Program-made: the position numbers and the translations under genes
NCBI RefSeq assembly: GCF_006345805.1
Contig: NC_042999.1
Coordinates: 143,716,001 to 143,780,000, forward strand
Direction: 5' to 3'
Length of the DNA stretch: 64,000 nt
Source: Octopus sinensis
Lineage: Eukaryota
The notes under the pieces: generated by a model
What the model was told of the DNA's origin: nothing
The model's database searches: none
Seen by the model: the letters and a program-made list of their open reading frames with translations, nothing else
Shown: positions 9,863 to 23,195 of the stretch, one piece after another
How positions within the stretch are numbered: position 1 is the stretch's first letter
Layout of the letters: every line of letters begins with the position of its first letter

Positions 9863-12275
9863 GATAAGGTAAAGATAAGGTGCCGAATTTCTGGCTCGCA
9901 TCGCTCCCATGAGCACACGGTAAGCTAGTTCAGCTGCTCAATGGAATTATGAGAGACCCAAAGAAAACACCTGAATGGTTAGCAAGCGGCATTACTTACC
10001 TACTCCCAAAGAATAACGAAACCAACCTTCCAAAAAACTATCGGCCTATAACCTGTCTATCCACCACGTATAAAATCCTAACATCTATCCTGGCGGAGAA
10101 AACATATGCATTCATGGAGAAGAACGATATTTTCCCCATTGAACAAAAAGGGTGCCGCCGAGGCTCTTACGGATGCAAAGATCAACTGCTAATCAATCGT
10201 ATGATCCTTGAGAACTGTCACAACAAGCGCAGAAATCTCAGCACCGCATGGATTGATTATAAAAAGGCCTTCGACAGTATACCGCATCCATGGATCTTGA
10301 GATCGCTGGACATCTTCAAAATTTCCCCTGTGATTTCAAACTTCCTGAAGCACAATATGTCGTTGTGGAATACGAAGCTCCAATTATACCACTCTAATGG
10401 AGTACTTGCCTCAGAAAATATAAACATCAACTGTAGAATTTTTCAAGGTGACTCACTTTCACCTTTAATATTCTGCATAGCCCTAATACCCCTTACAAGT
10501 GAATTAAACAGAACAGGGTATGGGTATAAAATTGCCAATAAAAAAAAAGCCATCTATTTTATATGGATGACTTAAAACTTTATGGTAAAGACAATAATGA
10601 ACTTGAAGGCCTATTGCGCACCGTGAAAGCATTCAGCGATGACATCGGGATGGAGTTTGGACTTGAGAAGTGTGCCAAGGCCACTTTCCAGAAAGGGAAA
10701 GTGAAGACCACAATTCAGTCGTGTTAGATGTTGACACAGTCATAAGAGAGCTTGAGCAAGAACAAACATACAAATATTTAGGGATAAATGAAGGCTCTGG
10801 TATTCAGCATGCAAGCATGAAAGAGAAACTCAGGAAGGAATGTTATAGGAGAGTTCGTGCAGTCCTGAAATCTGAACTAAATGCACGTAACAAGGTGTTA
10901 GCTATAAATTCCTTAGCAGTTCCAGTTGTTACTTATAGCTACAATGTGTTGAACTGGAATATGAGTGAAGTAAAGAATATAGATAGGAAAATACGCAAGC
11001 TGCTGAGTTGTAATAGGATGCACCACCCAAAGGCAGACGTAGATCGCCTTTACCTTCCCAGAGCCCAAGGAGGTCGAGGCCTGATCCAATTTGAACTAGC
11101 TTACAAAACAACCACAATTGGACTGGCCAAATATCTCGAAATATCGAATGACTGGATGCTAAAGCTCGTGGAAAATCACGAGAGACGAAAGAAGCTTCAT
11201 TCTATAATAAAGGAAAGCAAAAAATTTGCTACTGATCTCGTGCAGGATACCCAAACTGAACAACCCGAGGGAAGTACGGCAACTATTGTTGCAAAGAAGG
11301 TGAAAATGATGGCAATGAAAAAAGCGCACGAGCAATTGGCTGATAGGTGGGAGAGAAACCTCTGCACGGCAAATATGTGACCCGCAGCAAACAAGCTGAC
11401 GTTGACCAGAAGCAAACCCATCAGTGGCTACGGAGCTCAGGGCTAAAAGCAGAGAGCGAAGGTTTCATCCTGGCTGCTCAAGATCAAAGCCTATTAACCC
11501 GGAACTACCAGGCCAATGTGATGAAAAATGGAGCAGACCCAAAATGCCGATTCTGCAACGACATGATTGAAACAGTGGACCACCTAATCTCTGGATGTAA
11601 AGTCTTAGCACCAGTGGAGTATAAATTAAGACATGACAGAGTTGGCCAATATCTCCACTGGCTAATTAGTCGGCATTACAATATCAAAACTGCCGACAAG
11701 TGGTATAATCACCACCCTGAGGCTGTAACTGAAGGAGAAAATGTAACCATTCTGTGGGACTTTCCAGTACATACAGACCGAACCATCAAGGCCAATAAAC
11801 CAGATATTGTTGTGAAAGACCAAAACAATAAAGTTTGCTTATTGATCGACATGAGCATCCCCTGTGATCATAATATCTCAGCGAAAGAGTTTGACAAGCT
11901 CAGAAAATATAAAGACCTACTCATTGAAATTGAGAAAATGTGGCATCTCAAGGCGGTTACAATACCAGTGATCGTAGGAGCACTAGGAATGATCAAGAAG
12001 GGAACCGAAAATTATATGAGAATGATCCCTGGCTTACCATCCCTGAAAGAAGTGCAAAAGATTGTCTTAACTGGTACATCACACGTATTGAGAAGAGCAT
12101 TGTCGATGTGAGAACTGTTGCTGCTCATGTATTTTAATTTAACTTAAAAAAAAAAAAATGAACGAACTACTGAGTTTGGTTTAATGGCCTACCAATGTAT
12201 ACTATGAGTTTCTTTGCCCTAGGAGTCGGGAAGACACCCGGCAAGAAATGGAAATCAAATTTGAAAGAAGAAGAA
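9860..12275 (+). mobile_element. Young 5'-truncated R4/Dong LINE: RT + CCHC + restriction-like endonuclease
   Basis: ORFs 9949..10575 (YRPITCL, WIDYKKAFDS, QGDSLSPL), YMDD near 10560, 10670..11380, 11347..12111 (CRFC..HLISGC, RHD, PDIVVKD..IDMSIP..DKLRKY); three frameshifts; ends in (AAT)n. Confidence 0.93.
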
Positions 12276-12292
12276 AAATAATAATAATAATA

Positions 12293-12712
12293 ATCCTTTC
12301 TGCTAAAGGCACATGGTCTGAAATTTTTCGGGAAGGGACTAATCGACTACATCAACCCAGTGTTTCACTGGTACTCAATTTATTGACCCCGGGTACTCAA
12401 TTTATCGACCCCAAAAGGATTAAAGGCAAATTCGACCTCAGCGGGATTTGAACTCAGAAAGTAGCGGCAGACGAAATACTTATTTCTTTACCACCCACAA
12501 AGGGCTAAACACAGAGGGGACCAACAAGGACAGACAAACGGATTAAGTCGATTATATCAACCGCAGTGCGTAACTGGTACTTATTTAATCGACCCCAAAA
12601 GGATGAAAGGCAAAGTCGACCTCGGTGGAATTTGAACTCAGAACGTAACGGCAGATGAAATACGGCTACGCATTTCGCCCGGCGTGCTAACGATTCTGCT
12701 TGCTCGCCGCCT
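12293..12712 (-). mobile_element. tRNA-derived SINE family B, tandem dimer
   Basis: Minus strand A-box-like GGCGAGCAAGCAGAA and two B-box-like GAGTTCAAAT units; matches 15811-16205. Confidence 0.85.
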
Positions 12713-12760
12713 TATAAAGTATTATTATAATAACCACAGAACGTTACTGATTTATGTGTA

Positions 12761-12763
<3 letters not shown>

Positions 12764-12810
<47 letters not shown>
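12764..12810. repeat. (GT)n microsatellite
   Basis: Direct reading. Confidence 0.95.
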
Positions 12811-12813
<3 letters not shown>

Positions 12814-13889
12814 TGCCTGCGAGCGTGCACTTATGTCTGTTGCAGCATTGTTATGTCTGAATAAGGTGTTTTGTTTGCTTTTTTAGCCTTGATCTATTTT
12901 TCATAACTAAGATATATTAAAGGGATATTGAATTGACCCTAGTACTTGACTAATACTTCATTTTATTGACCTCAGAGAGGTGAAAGGCAATGTTGATCTC
13001 AATGAGATTTGAAAACAGAATGTAAATGGCCCTGACGAAATATCGCCGGCATTTTCTATGACGCTTTAACGGTGCAAAAACAACTCTGATAAAAGGTTTT
13101 ACGATCACGATCATTCCATCGTTCTTTTTTTTTTTTTTTCATTTTTTTTTGTCAGTGTATCCAGGATTATATTACCCAACTCACCTTTTTAAGATAGCAG
13201 AGAATGAATTCAAAAAGATATTTGATCTCTATTTCTAGCAAGTCCTTTGATCAGGCAGAGGCTTCTTCATGAGTGTAACTTTGTTGTTCTGTGTAGTTAA
13301 CTGGTGCGTATGATAAATCGACCCTAATGTAACATTGCTACCTATTCTATTGAGCTCAGATTGTTGAAAACTATTGTGAAATTGATGGAAATTAAACTAA
13401 GGAAGTGGAAGCATTAAACTAGATTGTATATTATAGTATAATGTTGTTGTTGTTGTTGTGGTGGTGGTGGTGGTGGTGATGGTGATGGTGGTTGTAGTGG
13501 CATGGTGGATTCTTGTTAGGTACCAGGATTCCTGATCGGGAAAACGTATGGTAGGTATTCCAATTATAACCATACCGTTCTTTTTGTATCGGTGACTGCA
13601 TTTATCAAAGGGGTACTGTGCATTTTTTGGGGGGTTTTTTGGGTTTTTTAAAGTTGTTTCAATAGAATTTTCAGGAGGATTTTGAAATAACATCTAAAAA
13701 GTGGGGTGACTGCATAGAGTTTTGGTTTTATTTTTCTGAACACAGTACTTTTTTGTCTAGATCAGTTTCAGGAATGAAAATATTAACTTGCTTGTTTATT
13801 TGAAGCAAATTTGGATTGAGAAATTAATTGTATGAAACTGTGACAATAATGTCAAGTTTTGAGTTCAGAAGTTTAATGTCCGTATGCAT

Positions 13890-13969
13890 ATATACGTGAG
13901 TGTGTGTGTATGTATGTATGTATATGACAATATGTACACATATAAGTATGCGCGTATATGTACATACAT

Positions 13970-14032
<63 letters not shown>

Positions 14033-14223
14033 TATATATAAAATATTCATATGCATACATGAATGCCTGCGAACATTTAGATGCATACAAATATATACAT
14101 ATATATGTATACACAAGTGCGCGCACACGCCTACACGCACACAACTTGTAACACAGAATTCTTAGAAGTAATACATTTTATATTTATATATATGTATATT
14201 TGTTTATGTGAAGAGTATATATG

Positions 14224-14269
<46 letters not shown>

Positions 14270-14480
14270 ATATGTGTGTATGTGTGAGTGTGTGTGGCTC
14301 TCTCTCTCTCTCTCTCTCTCCATATATATATATATATATATATATGCACTTGCATATGATTTTTGTATACATATGTACGTATATACATATATTTATAGAC
14401 AAACTTTTGTACATTGACTTATTTGTGCGAGTGTATATATATAATGAGTGAATAATCAAATAAATGAATAATGAATGAAT
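13890..14480. repeat. Compound TA/CA/TG/CT microsatellite cluster
   Basis: Direct reading; source of many spurious ORFs. Confidence 0.9.
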
Positions 14481-14687
14481 AAATGAATAAATAAAATGAC
14501 AACGAATTGAATGGAAGTTCCAAAATAAGAATGTAAAGCCATAATGAGTTCAGATGAGTTGACCTGCTAAGTAAGAATACATACAATGAGATGCAAATTT
14601 CTAGAAATCTCTGTGATCACGAGGTTAAAGCTGAACAACAAATCTATTTTATCCTGTTGCCAGTTTGCTTTCTCTGCTTTTTTATCT

Positions 14688-14745
<58 letters not shown>

Positions 14746-14765
14746 TTCCTTCCTTCCTTTCTTTC
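14688..14765. repeat. (TTTC)n/(TTCC)n microsatellite
   Basis: Direct reading. Confidence 0.95.
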
Positions 14766-15619
14766 TGCTTTTCATTCATGCTGTTGCCTTCTCTTCTACT
14801 TAAATACATTCGCGCACACATTCAGTCATACACATACAAAATATGTGCATATAAGTAAGCGTGTATATTACGCACACACGTGAACGCACACACAAATACT
14901 CACACACCTCTGTTATCCCTGTCTTTCTCCTTCTTTGACTCTCCCTCTCTCACTCTCTCACCCTCACCTCCCTCACTCCCTCTCTCTCCTTCTCTCTCTC
15001 TCTCGTGACAGTTAATTATAAAAGTGTTTTTGTTTGAACTTTCATTGAATCACTTTTGAAAATAATTCAACTTCATATACTTTGTGAAACACGTTTTTCA
15101 TGTTGCATTCCTTAACTTAATTGCATACAGTTTTTGAAAATAGACATGAAATATAGAATATGTGACTATCTTCAACGATATGTAAATTTCGATTAGACTT
15201 AGAAAGTATTAAAACTTTCAATAGACTAACATTGGATGCAACTGTTTCCTAGATATATCCATCGTAACAATGCTGACGAAACATGTACGACTTGTTGAGA
15301 ATTGAAAAGAGACAAAGCACAAATGTTCATTCAATAGTGACAGGCAGCATATTAACGTCAACTTCCTGGAATATTTAGAACCAACTTGGATAAATAATGT
15401 AAAATAACAAAAAAGATTGTATAAGCTGTGCAGCATGTTACAATTTGTTTTAACTTTGATCCATCAGATTTGAGGCGCAATTTTAAAGTTTTCAACAATT
15501 TCTTTTCAGTATATTGTCTCTTTACATGCTTATTTATTATTATTACAAACATTCAAGGCAATTATTTAAAGGAATGAGAGATAGAATAATTTGTTATTCT
15601 TCTTGTCGTCAAGCACCGG

Positions 15620-16210
15620 GGTCGATTATATCGTCTAGCCCCCTCCCCCAAACAATTTCAGGCTTAGTGCTATGGTGGTTTATTTTATTAGGTATTTACT
15701 ATAGTAGAAACGCACTGGGGTTGATATAATCGACTTAATCCGTTTGTCTGGCCTTATTTGTCCTCCCTGTGTTTAGCCCTTTGTGGGTAGTAAAGAAATA
15801 GGTATTATAGCGGCGAGCTGGCAGAAACGTTAGCACGCCGGGCGAGATGCTTAGCAGTATTTCGTCTGACGTTACGTTCTGAGTTCAAATTCAGCCGAGG
15901 TCGACTTTGCCTTTCATCCTTTCGGGGTCGATAAATTAAGTACCAGTTACGCACTGGAGTCGATAAAATCGACTTAATCCGTTTGTCTGGCCTTGTTGGT
16001 CCTCTCTGTGTTTAGCCCCTTGTGGGTAGTAAGGAAATAGGTATTTCGTCTGCTACTACGTTCTGAGTTCAAATTCTTCTGGGGTCGACTTTGTCTTTCA
16101 TCCTTTCGGAGTCGATTAAATAGGTACCAATTACACACTGGAATCGATATAATCGACTAACCTCCTTCCTCCAAAATTTCCAAGGCCTTGTGCCAAGAAT
16201 AGGAATAATT
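15620..16210 (+). mobile_element. SINE family B, tandem multimer (about three overlapping units)
   Basis: GGCGAGCTGGCAGAA (15812) and GAGTTCAAATTC; the ATCGACTTAATCCGTTTGTCTGG..AAATAGGTATT block occurs twice. Confidence 0.85.
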
Positions 16211-16449
16211 ATAATGATACTTTGAGCACAAATTTCACCTAAAAACAAAGGTACAGCTTTGTCTTTCGTCTTTTGAAGATCGATAAAAAGAGCACCAGCC
16301 AAGTATTGCGATAGATCGAATCCCTCATGTTTGATGCCCTGTGTATATGTAAGAAAAAATTAAAAACAACAAGTAATTATTTTAAAAATTTCAGTCTCAT
16401 AATTTTGCTCGACAGAGTTAAAAATTTTAGCAAAAATGTTCATCAGGAG

Positions 16450-18020
16450 GTTGGCGCTTGTTGTCTGCAGCGTAGTGTGAGTTGCGCAAACTCGTGCGAT
16501 CTCTGGTAAATCTATCCACAACCTCCATCTCATGCTATACACCGTAGAATGGGTCAGGAATAGACCTGGCTTTGGCGGGGCATTGCTCAATTTGGGTTAG
16601 CTTAAGACATTCGACAGGGTAGACCTGTTAAAAACCTAGTACTTTAGTTGAAGAGTTTGTGAACCAGCAGAAATAGACGCGTTATCTTTCCCCCTCGCCA
16701 ACGTGAACTAGTTCACGTTTACCGAGATTGAACTAGTCCGAGTGAAATCAACGGTCAGTTATCCGAGGACTTATAAAAGTGATCATATAAAATTATTTTA
16801 TTCATTTCTTCGGAGCAGGGATGGTAAACCAAGGATCATTTTCAAATAATTTTCAGATTCTTTTTTTTTTGTTATCATACCTTGTGCTCCTACAATCACT
16901 GGTATTGTAACCGCCTTGAGACACTACATGCTTTGAACTAAACACCTATATATATCTTCAGTTATCTACCCGCTGATGGCTTTGTCCATTTAGTTCAATA
17001 TTGTGGAATTCTAGACGAGTAACGCTCAATCTTGGTTTCTGCTCAAACCATGATTGCAATTCAGTGAAGGAAACAAGATTCAGAAAGACGAGTCGTACAA
17101 AAGACACCCGCGCTAGTTCGCCCTCACTTCTGTTGGTGTCGTTGGCATCATCACAGTGATTTTGATTTTTCTGCAAATGTGTCAGCCTCAGCGCATGCCG
17201 TCGCATCATCAAAGACTGCATCCCGAGCCCGTCTCGAGGTGGGTATTGACAGAAAATGGGTTTCCCGATCATCGGAATCTAACCCTTTTATAAGAATCGG
17301 AAGAAGTATGCGCTTCAATTTGGTCAGAGTTTTCTTAGGATAAATATATTACGGTCAGGTCGTAGTATACCACCGAGGTGATGTATCCTTTCGTTACTTC
17401 TGCCCGTCCTTTCAAAGACAACTTTCTTTCAGCCTGTTTCTGTATGAGATTTGCCACCTTGCTTGTGACCACTTCTCTGTTCTTATCTACCTGACATGTA
17501 CCAGACTCCGAGAACTTTCACCAAACCATCAGTCTAGCGACAGAAATCGTCGTCAGACGGTACGGGTTTGCCTCTCCAAGAGCCTGGTTGCAAACCGACC
17601 AATTTGTCCTGGTTTATGTGTGCTCCTGCACATACCTGGTATTATCTCAGTATAGTGTCGATCGTTTTTATATCCGAAGTGTCTGACACCATGACAGTGA
17701 CGTCATTTGCGTATGCAGACACGGCACCCCTGTGACCCAGTTCCAGTGGGATCCTCTTCAAATTCTCCAGCTTTCACAGCAAAAATATAAGATATAAGAG
17801 TAGGAAGTGGTGGAATCCTTAACAGACTAGTTTTTCGATGCTGAAAGGTTGACCAGCAAGCAGATGCACTTCTTGTACATCGTTGTAATCCAGTCTTTGA
17901 AGACAGGATCAAAACCGACTGATCTTAGGACAGCTGCCAGATAGCAATGGTCTTATCAGTCAGACGTCTTGAGCAGATCCAAATTGACCAGTACCCAGCC
18001 AAAGTCAGACACATTCTACC
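16450..18020 (-). mobile_element. Decayed L1/Tx1-clade LINE, RT C-terminal half
   Basis: GFDPVFKDWITTMY; SAYANDVTV (YADD equivalent); GAHINQDK; VKVLGVW; RKLSLKGRAEV; DGLGMQSLMMRRHALRL. The lower boundary is uncertain. Confidence 0.75.
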
Positions 18021-18299
18021 CAACTATCTGCACATACACGAACACGCGCGCGCGCACACACACGCACACACTCACACACACACATATGTAGTTTATTTAA
18101 GTCAATCCACTGACCTGTTACCCAGTAGTTTCCACGTCATGCCATTGCTTCTTCAGACGAGACAGACTGAGCGAAAAGACACCTCGATGAAGGAAGCATT
18201 GCAGAAGAAAATAAATGTTCGTTTTGACAATGGTAGTCACACCAGTAAACGTGGTGGTAATAAAATTGATTAAAAAAATATATTGATGTTGATGATAAC

Positions 18300-18505
18300 A
18301 ATCCTTTCTACCACAGGTACAAGGCCTGAAATTTGGGCGCGGGGATAGTCGGTTACATGGAGCCCAGTACTCAACTGGTATTTTATCGACCCCGAAAGGA
18401 GGAAAGGCAAAGTCAACCTCTGCGGAATTTGAGCTCAGAACATAAACATAAAGACAGACGAAATGCTTGTAAGCATTTTGCCCGGCATGCTAACGATTCT
18501 GCCAG
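18300..18505 (-). mobile_element. SINE family B copy
   Basis: Homology to 12293-12712. Confidence 0.8.
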
Positions 18506-18816
18506 ATGATAATAATGATATCAATAATAGCAACAATGATGACAAGAACAGCAACAACGCCAACGAGTATTGCTGGACAAAAATATACGTGCGGTGGACC
18601 TCTAAATGCACATTCTTGCATGCCTAACACACACACACACTTGGATCTGCGTAGAAAGGTCCATACACTCGCACATACTCATACAAGATCCCAAAGGCAA
18701 AGTTCCAGACACATGCAGATATTCATACACAGGCACACACACACGTGTCCCATCGTATACACAGCAAACTCCATAGTAACGGTTACTGAACCAGCGTATA
18801 AAGAGAATTTCTCTCA

Positions 18817-18817
<1 letters not shown>

Positions 18818-18872
<55 letters not shown>
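18818..18872. repeat. (GA)n microsatellite
   Basis: Direct reading. Confidence 0.95.
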
Positions 18873-18874
<2 letters not shown>

Positions 18875-18876
<2 letters not shown>

Positions 18877-20100
18877 CCGCAGCGAAGGTCTTTTCACATC
18901 AGAGTTAAAAATACACCCCTATATTTCAATCAGCGATGTTCAGTGTTCCTTCCAGTGGAGTGGCATCATTCGAAAGCTACAACAATGTGGGAAGCGCATA
19001 GGACTGCCCCCTGTAGTCTCCCCCTACAAAACAAAATATCTCTAGAATTGAATAACCCCAGAGAGCATTCACTAAATGAATTAAGCAGCATTCGAGTTGT
19101 GGCCGTACAAAGGAGAAGAAAAGTGGAATGATGACACCTCGTTCTCTGAACCGGAAGGTTCTTAAGATCCAGGAGCTCATTCTACGAGCTATATCAACCT
19201 TATTGTTGATGTGGCACTCCAACTGAGATTGTTATCAACAATTACTCATAGGTCTCTGATATTATTAGATGCTGTGAGCGGTTCCCCTGAAGAAACAGAG
19301 TATGGCTATTTTAGTATAGTCTTTCTTCCAAATTGCATCAGCTTAAATTTTCTCTCGTTTACTTGCATTTTGTTTTTGTCTGACTCACCGCATATAGATC
19401 AGACTGGAGTTGAGTTCGGTCTTCTTCATTGATGATTTGCTGGAGCTTAGAGTCATCAGTAAATATTTTCACTTTGCAGTGATTTACGACGTTGGAAAGG
19501 TTGTTTATGTAGTTTATAAAGAGGATCGGGCCCAAGACAGTCCCCTGAGGGACACCACTGGTGACGTTTGCTGGGCTTGAGTGGACTACATCGACCACAA
19601 CATATTGTGTTCTATTCGCCAGGAAATACTCAATCCAGTGTAGAAGTTTCCCACGGATTCCAACATTTGCCAATTTTGAGAGTAAGATATTATGGTCAAC
19701 CCTGTCGAACGCTTTATTGAAGTTAAGATATATGACATCAGAGTTCGAACCTGTTCCCAAGTCTTTAAGTGTATCCTCAATGTGGTGTAAGATGAGGGAA
19801 ACTGTGTTAGACAGTCCCTGCCATAGCGAAAGCCATGCTGATTTGCATTTTGGAGTTTGTGGATCTCCAGGAAGCCAGCTATCCTTGATCTTAACACTCT
19901 TTCAAACACTTTAATGACGTGGGAGGTAAGTGAGATTGGGCGATAGCTGACTGCGAGGGATATGTTTCCCTGTTTGAAAACCGGGATGACAGACTGGATA
20001 GGAGCTGTTTCGGTATATAACCTGAGTCTAAAGAATTTTTCTAGAGGTTGGTCAGAGGGACTGCAAGCCAACTCCCTATGTATGGGATCTTCCATTTTTG
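18875..20100 (-). mobile_element. Decayed CR1-clade LINE RT fragment
   Basis: YRPISLTSHVIKVFERV; QHGFRYGRDCLTQ; YLNFNKAFDRVDH; GVPQGTVLGPILF; FTDDSKL; FVRPQLEC. Confidence 0.9.
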
Positions 20101-20115
20101 GCAATATATATATGT

Positions 20116-20160
<45 letters not shown>

Positions 20161-20194
20161 CATACATACAGGCGTATCTATACATGTAGGTGTG

Positions 20195-20234
<40 letters not shown>

Positions 20235-20459
20235 GATAGATAGATAGCTAGATATATACACATAGCGAGAAAGATGTGTGTGTGTGCGTGCGCGCGTGTA
20301 ATTTTTAGTGCGTAAATCGATTTCTTTTTCTGGCCATAGAAAGAATAACCGATCGTTTAGCTAGTTTACTTTTTCACTCTGAGGCAAATTATGTTTACTA
20401 AAAAAAGAAATAGGCGCACACACTTGTACGATTTACCTAACATTTTTCTTCTATGTATG

Positions 20460-20523
<64 letters not shown>

Positions 20524-21764
20524 TGTCTGTCTGTCTGTGTGTGTGTGTGTGTGTGTGTGTGAGTGTGTGTGTGTGGTGTGTGTGTCTGATATGGCTGCAA
20601 CGTGTATTTCAATATGTTTATCTCTAACGAACTTGCATAACGCTAAATATTGAATATATTTCAGCATATCTAGAATATCGATCGTATAACTCCACTAACT
20701 ATACACCCAGAATATTCCAGTATGCAGGGCCTTGCAGAATGACTATTTTTCGTTTGAAAATCTTTATAACTACAAAATTTTATTGATTTTCGTGGAGGTT
20801 TCTTCAACATCGTCATTCCCGACGAATGTAAAATCTGGTGATGATACAGATGTGTTCTGATGTACTTAACCGTATCACTGCTGAAAAGATTATATTCCCA
20901 AAATTCAAGTTTCTTATCGCCAATGTTTCGCTGGGTCGTCCAATAGCAAATGTAATGTTGTGTGTTATTGTTGTTGTTGTTGTTGCTTCTGTCGTCGTTG
21001 ACATCGTTGTTTCATGCATTGAAATCATATGAAATTTAAGAATTTATTGATTAATCGTTAATTTTCTTCGGTTTTGGGTGCTGTCCTGGTTTTGTTGTTC
21101 TTTAGCCTCAAGTCAGAGGCTACTGAGCATACTTACAATCTAAAGCGTTTCGGTCGTGGGGACCCTGTCCTTTTGTTTCAAGGAGTAATGATGCGCTGCA
21201 GACTACACTATCCAACGTGATCGTTTTAATACAGAAGTGTGATTCAAGGGAAATTTCGCTACTATTTCGAACCGGTTCAATCACCACCTAGCAGATCCTT
21301 TCGCTTCAGGCTTCCATTATCTTTGAGAGATAATCATCCTCAGACTAAAAATGGCGTGAATACTTGTAGCTTAGTGGAATTCGTTAAAGACACCCTTAAG
21401 TCAGATAGTGGGCTTGAAATGGATGAGGGATTAAGCTTTAAATTTATTAGTATATTGAATGTAAGTGCAGATAACCGATTTCAATCGAATATTGAAACTG
21501 GTTCGTCGGTACATTACCCTCCAGAAACTTATATCTTATTCGACCACATGAAATATTCTTGCCTATTCATTTAACAACTACAATTGATTTATATTTGAAA
21601 GAATGAGAAAGTGTGATGTTGAAACGTTAATACCATATCCAAAATCATTAGCAATATATGTGACGAAAAGTGGTTTTTAATTGATTATTGAAAGTATGAT
21701 CCGAATTAGCTGTGAGCTTACTCACAGTGCTTATCAAATATGTAAAATATATCGAATTATCATT

Positions 21765-21799
21765 ACTATTATTGTTGTTGTTATTGATGTTGTTATTGC

Positions 21800-21846
<47 letters not shown>

Positions 21847-21869
21847 TATTATTATTATTGTTGTTGTTG

Positions 21870-21927
<58 letters not shown>

Positions 21928-21930
21928 CAT
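21765..21930. repeat. (ATT)n/(GTT)n microsatellite
   Basis: Direct reading. Confidence 0.95.
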
Positions 21931-21934
21931 CATC

Positions 21935-22680
21935 ATTCTTTTAACTCGGATTTTGTTGGCGCTCCTGAAGTCTTGCATGAGTAGCGGGTTTGCTGCCTGC
22001 AGCCTACGGTACTATGCTATCTGTTCTTTTCAACTAACTAATACTTTCCTGACGGTTCTGGTCGTGCGAAGGTGGCAAACCTTTTGTAGTAGTTGTACAT
22101 ACCTCTCTGTTGCTATTTCCTTTATATTCCCTTCCATGAATTCTGATTCTTTCCCCTGGGACAGTCCCTTGTTGCACAGTACTTCTTCATGTCCTTCTTG
22201 TACTTTTTGATTTGTTCTTCTCTTTTTCCTGCTTTCGCTATATTCTCATCTCTAACTGCCATTAACAAGGTTACCTCACTTTGGATGAGGTATCTCAGCA
22301 AATTCCCAAATTCGATATGCACGCGATCTCCCACATTTATCGGTCCTCTTCCTCCATTTCCTTTCTTCATGTATGAGCGATCAGTTTTTGAACGTGGATG
22401 ATAGGCTCCATGCCAAGTTAGGATCTTTCTTGCCTTCCTGTTCAACTCATTTAGCTTATCCTCTGTCCACTTCAGAATTCCAGGTCCGTACCGAACCACT
22501 GTGATTGTCCGCCTGTTTATTGCCGAAATTATGTTTTTGGTATTCAACTTTGAATCCAATAAGCTTTCTCAATTGCTGCAGATAGTGTTATTTTTTTTTC
22601 ATATCATCATGCTTAATTCCATCTGCGTCGAGTATTCCCAGGTATATATATCCAAATTCAATTTTCTTTATCAATACGTT
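21935..22680 (-). mobile_element. Decayed R4/Dong LINE fragment (thumb region)
   Basis: SKLNTKNIISAIN..VRYGPGILKWT..NRKARKILTWHGAYHPRSKTDRSYMKKGNGGRG. Confidence 0.85.
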
Positions 22681-22721
22681 ACGTGACATATACACCCTTC
22701 TGTTTGGACAAACGACTTACG

Positions 22722-22832
<111 letters not shown>

Positions 22833-22949
22833 GCAGAGACAGAAAGAGACAGATGGTGAGAGAGAAGAGAGGATAAGAGAGAGCGGTACATAAATAACAA
22901 CAACATCATCATCATCAACAACAACAGCAACAACAATAACAATAATAAT

Positions 22950-23110
22950 CCTTTCTACTTAAAGCACAAAGAGTAAGTCGATTACATCGCCCCCGTAACT
23001 CAACTGGTACTTATTATATCGGCCCCGAAAGGATGAAAGACAAAGTAGACCTGGGCGGAATTTGAACTCAGAATGTAAAGACGGACGAAATGCTAAGCAT
23101 TTTGCCCGTC
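22950..23110 (-). mobile_element. SINE family B copy between (AAC/AAT)n tracts
   Basis: Homology to 12293-12712; (AAT)n at 23112-23195. Confidence 0.8.
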
Positions 23111-23138
23111 AAATAATAATAATAATAATAACAATAAC

Positions 23139-23195
<57 letters not shown>

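Noticed and set aside
15270-15292. CTGACGAAACATGTAC hammerhead-like overlap
   Set aside because: No stem II and no stem I.
15811-15900. tRNA gene calls at A/B-box motifs (also 7680-7712, 12620-12712, 52425-52450)
   Set aside because: They are SINE heads with no cloverleaf and continue into repeat bodies.
21141-21183. Minus-strand GGTC/GACC-GAAACGC hammerhead-like motif
   Set aside because: The core is displaced by about 11 nt and stem III does not pair.
21239-21574. 111-aa non-repetitive ORF
   Set aside because: GTG start, no recognisable domain and no supporting splice donor.
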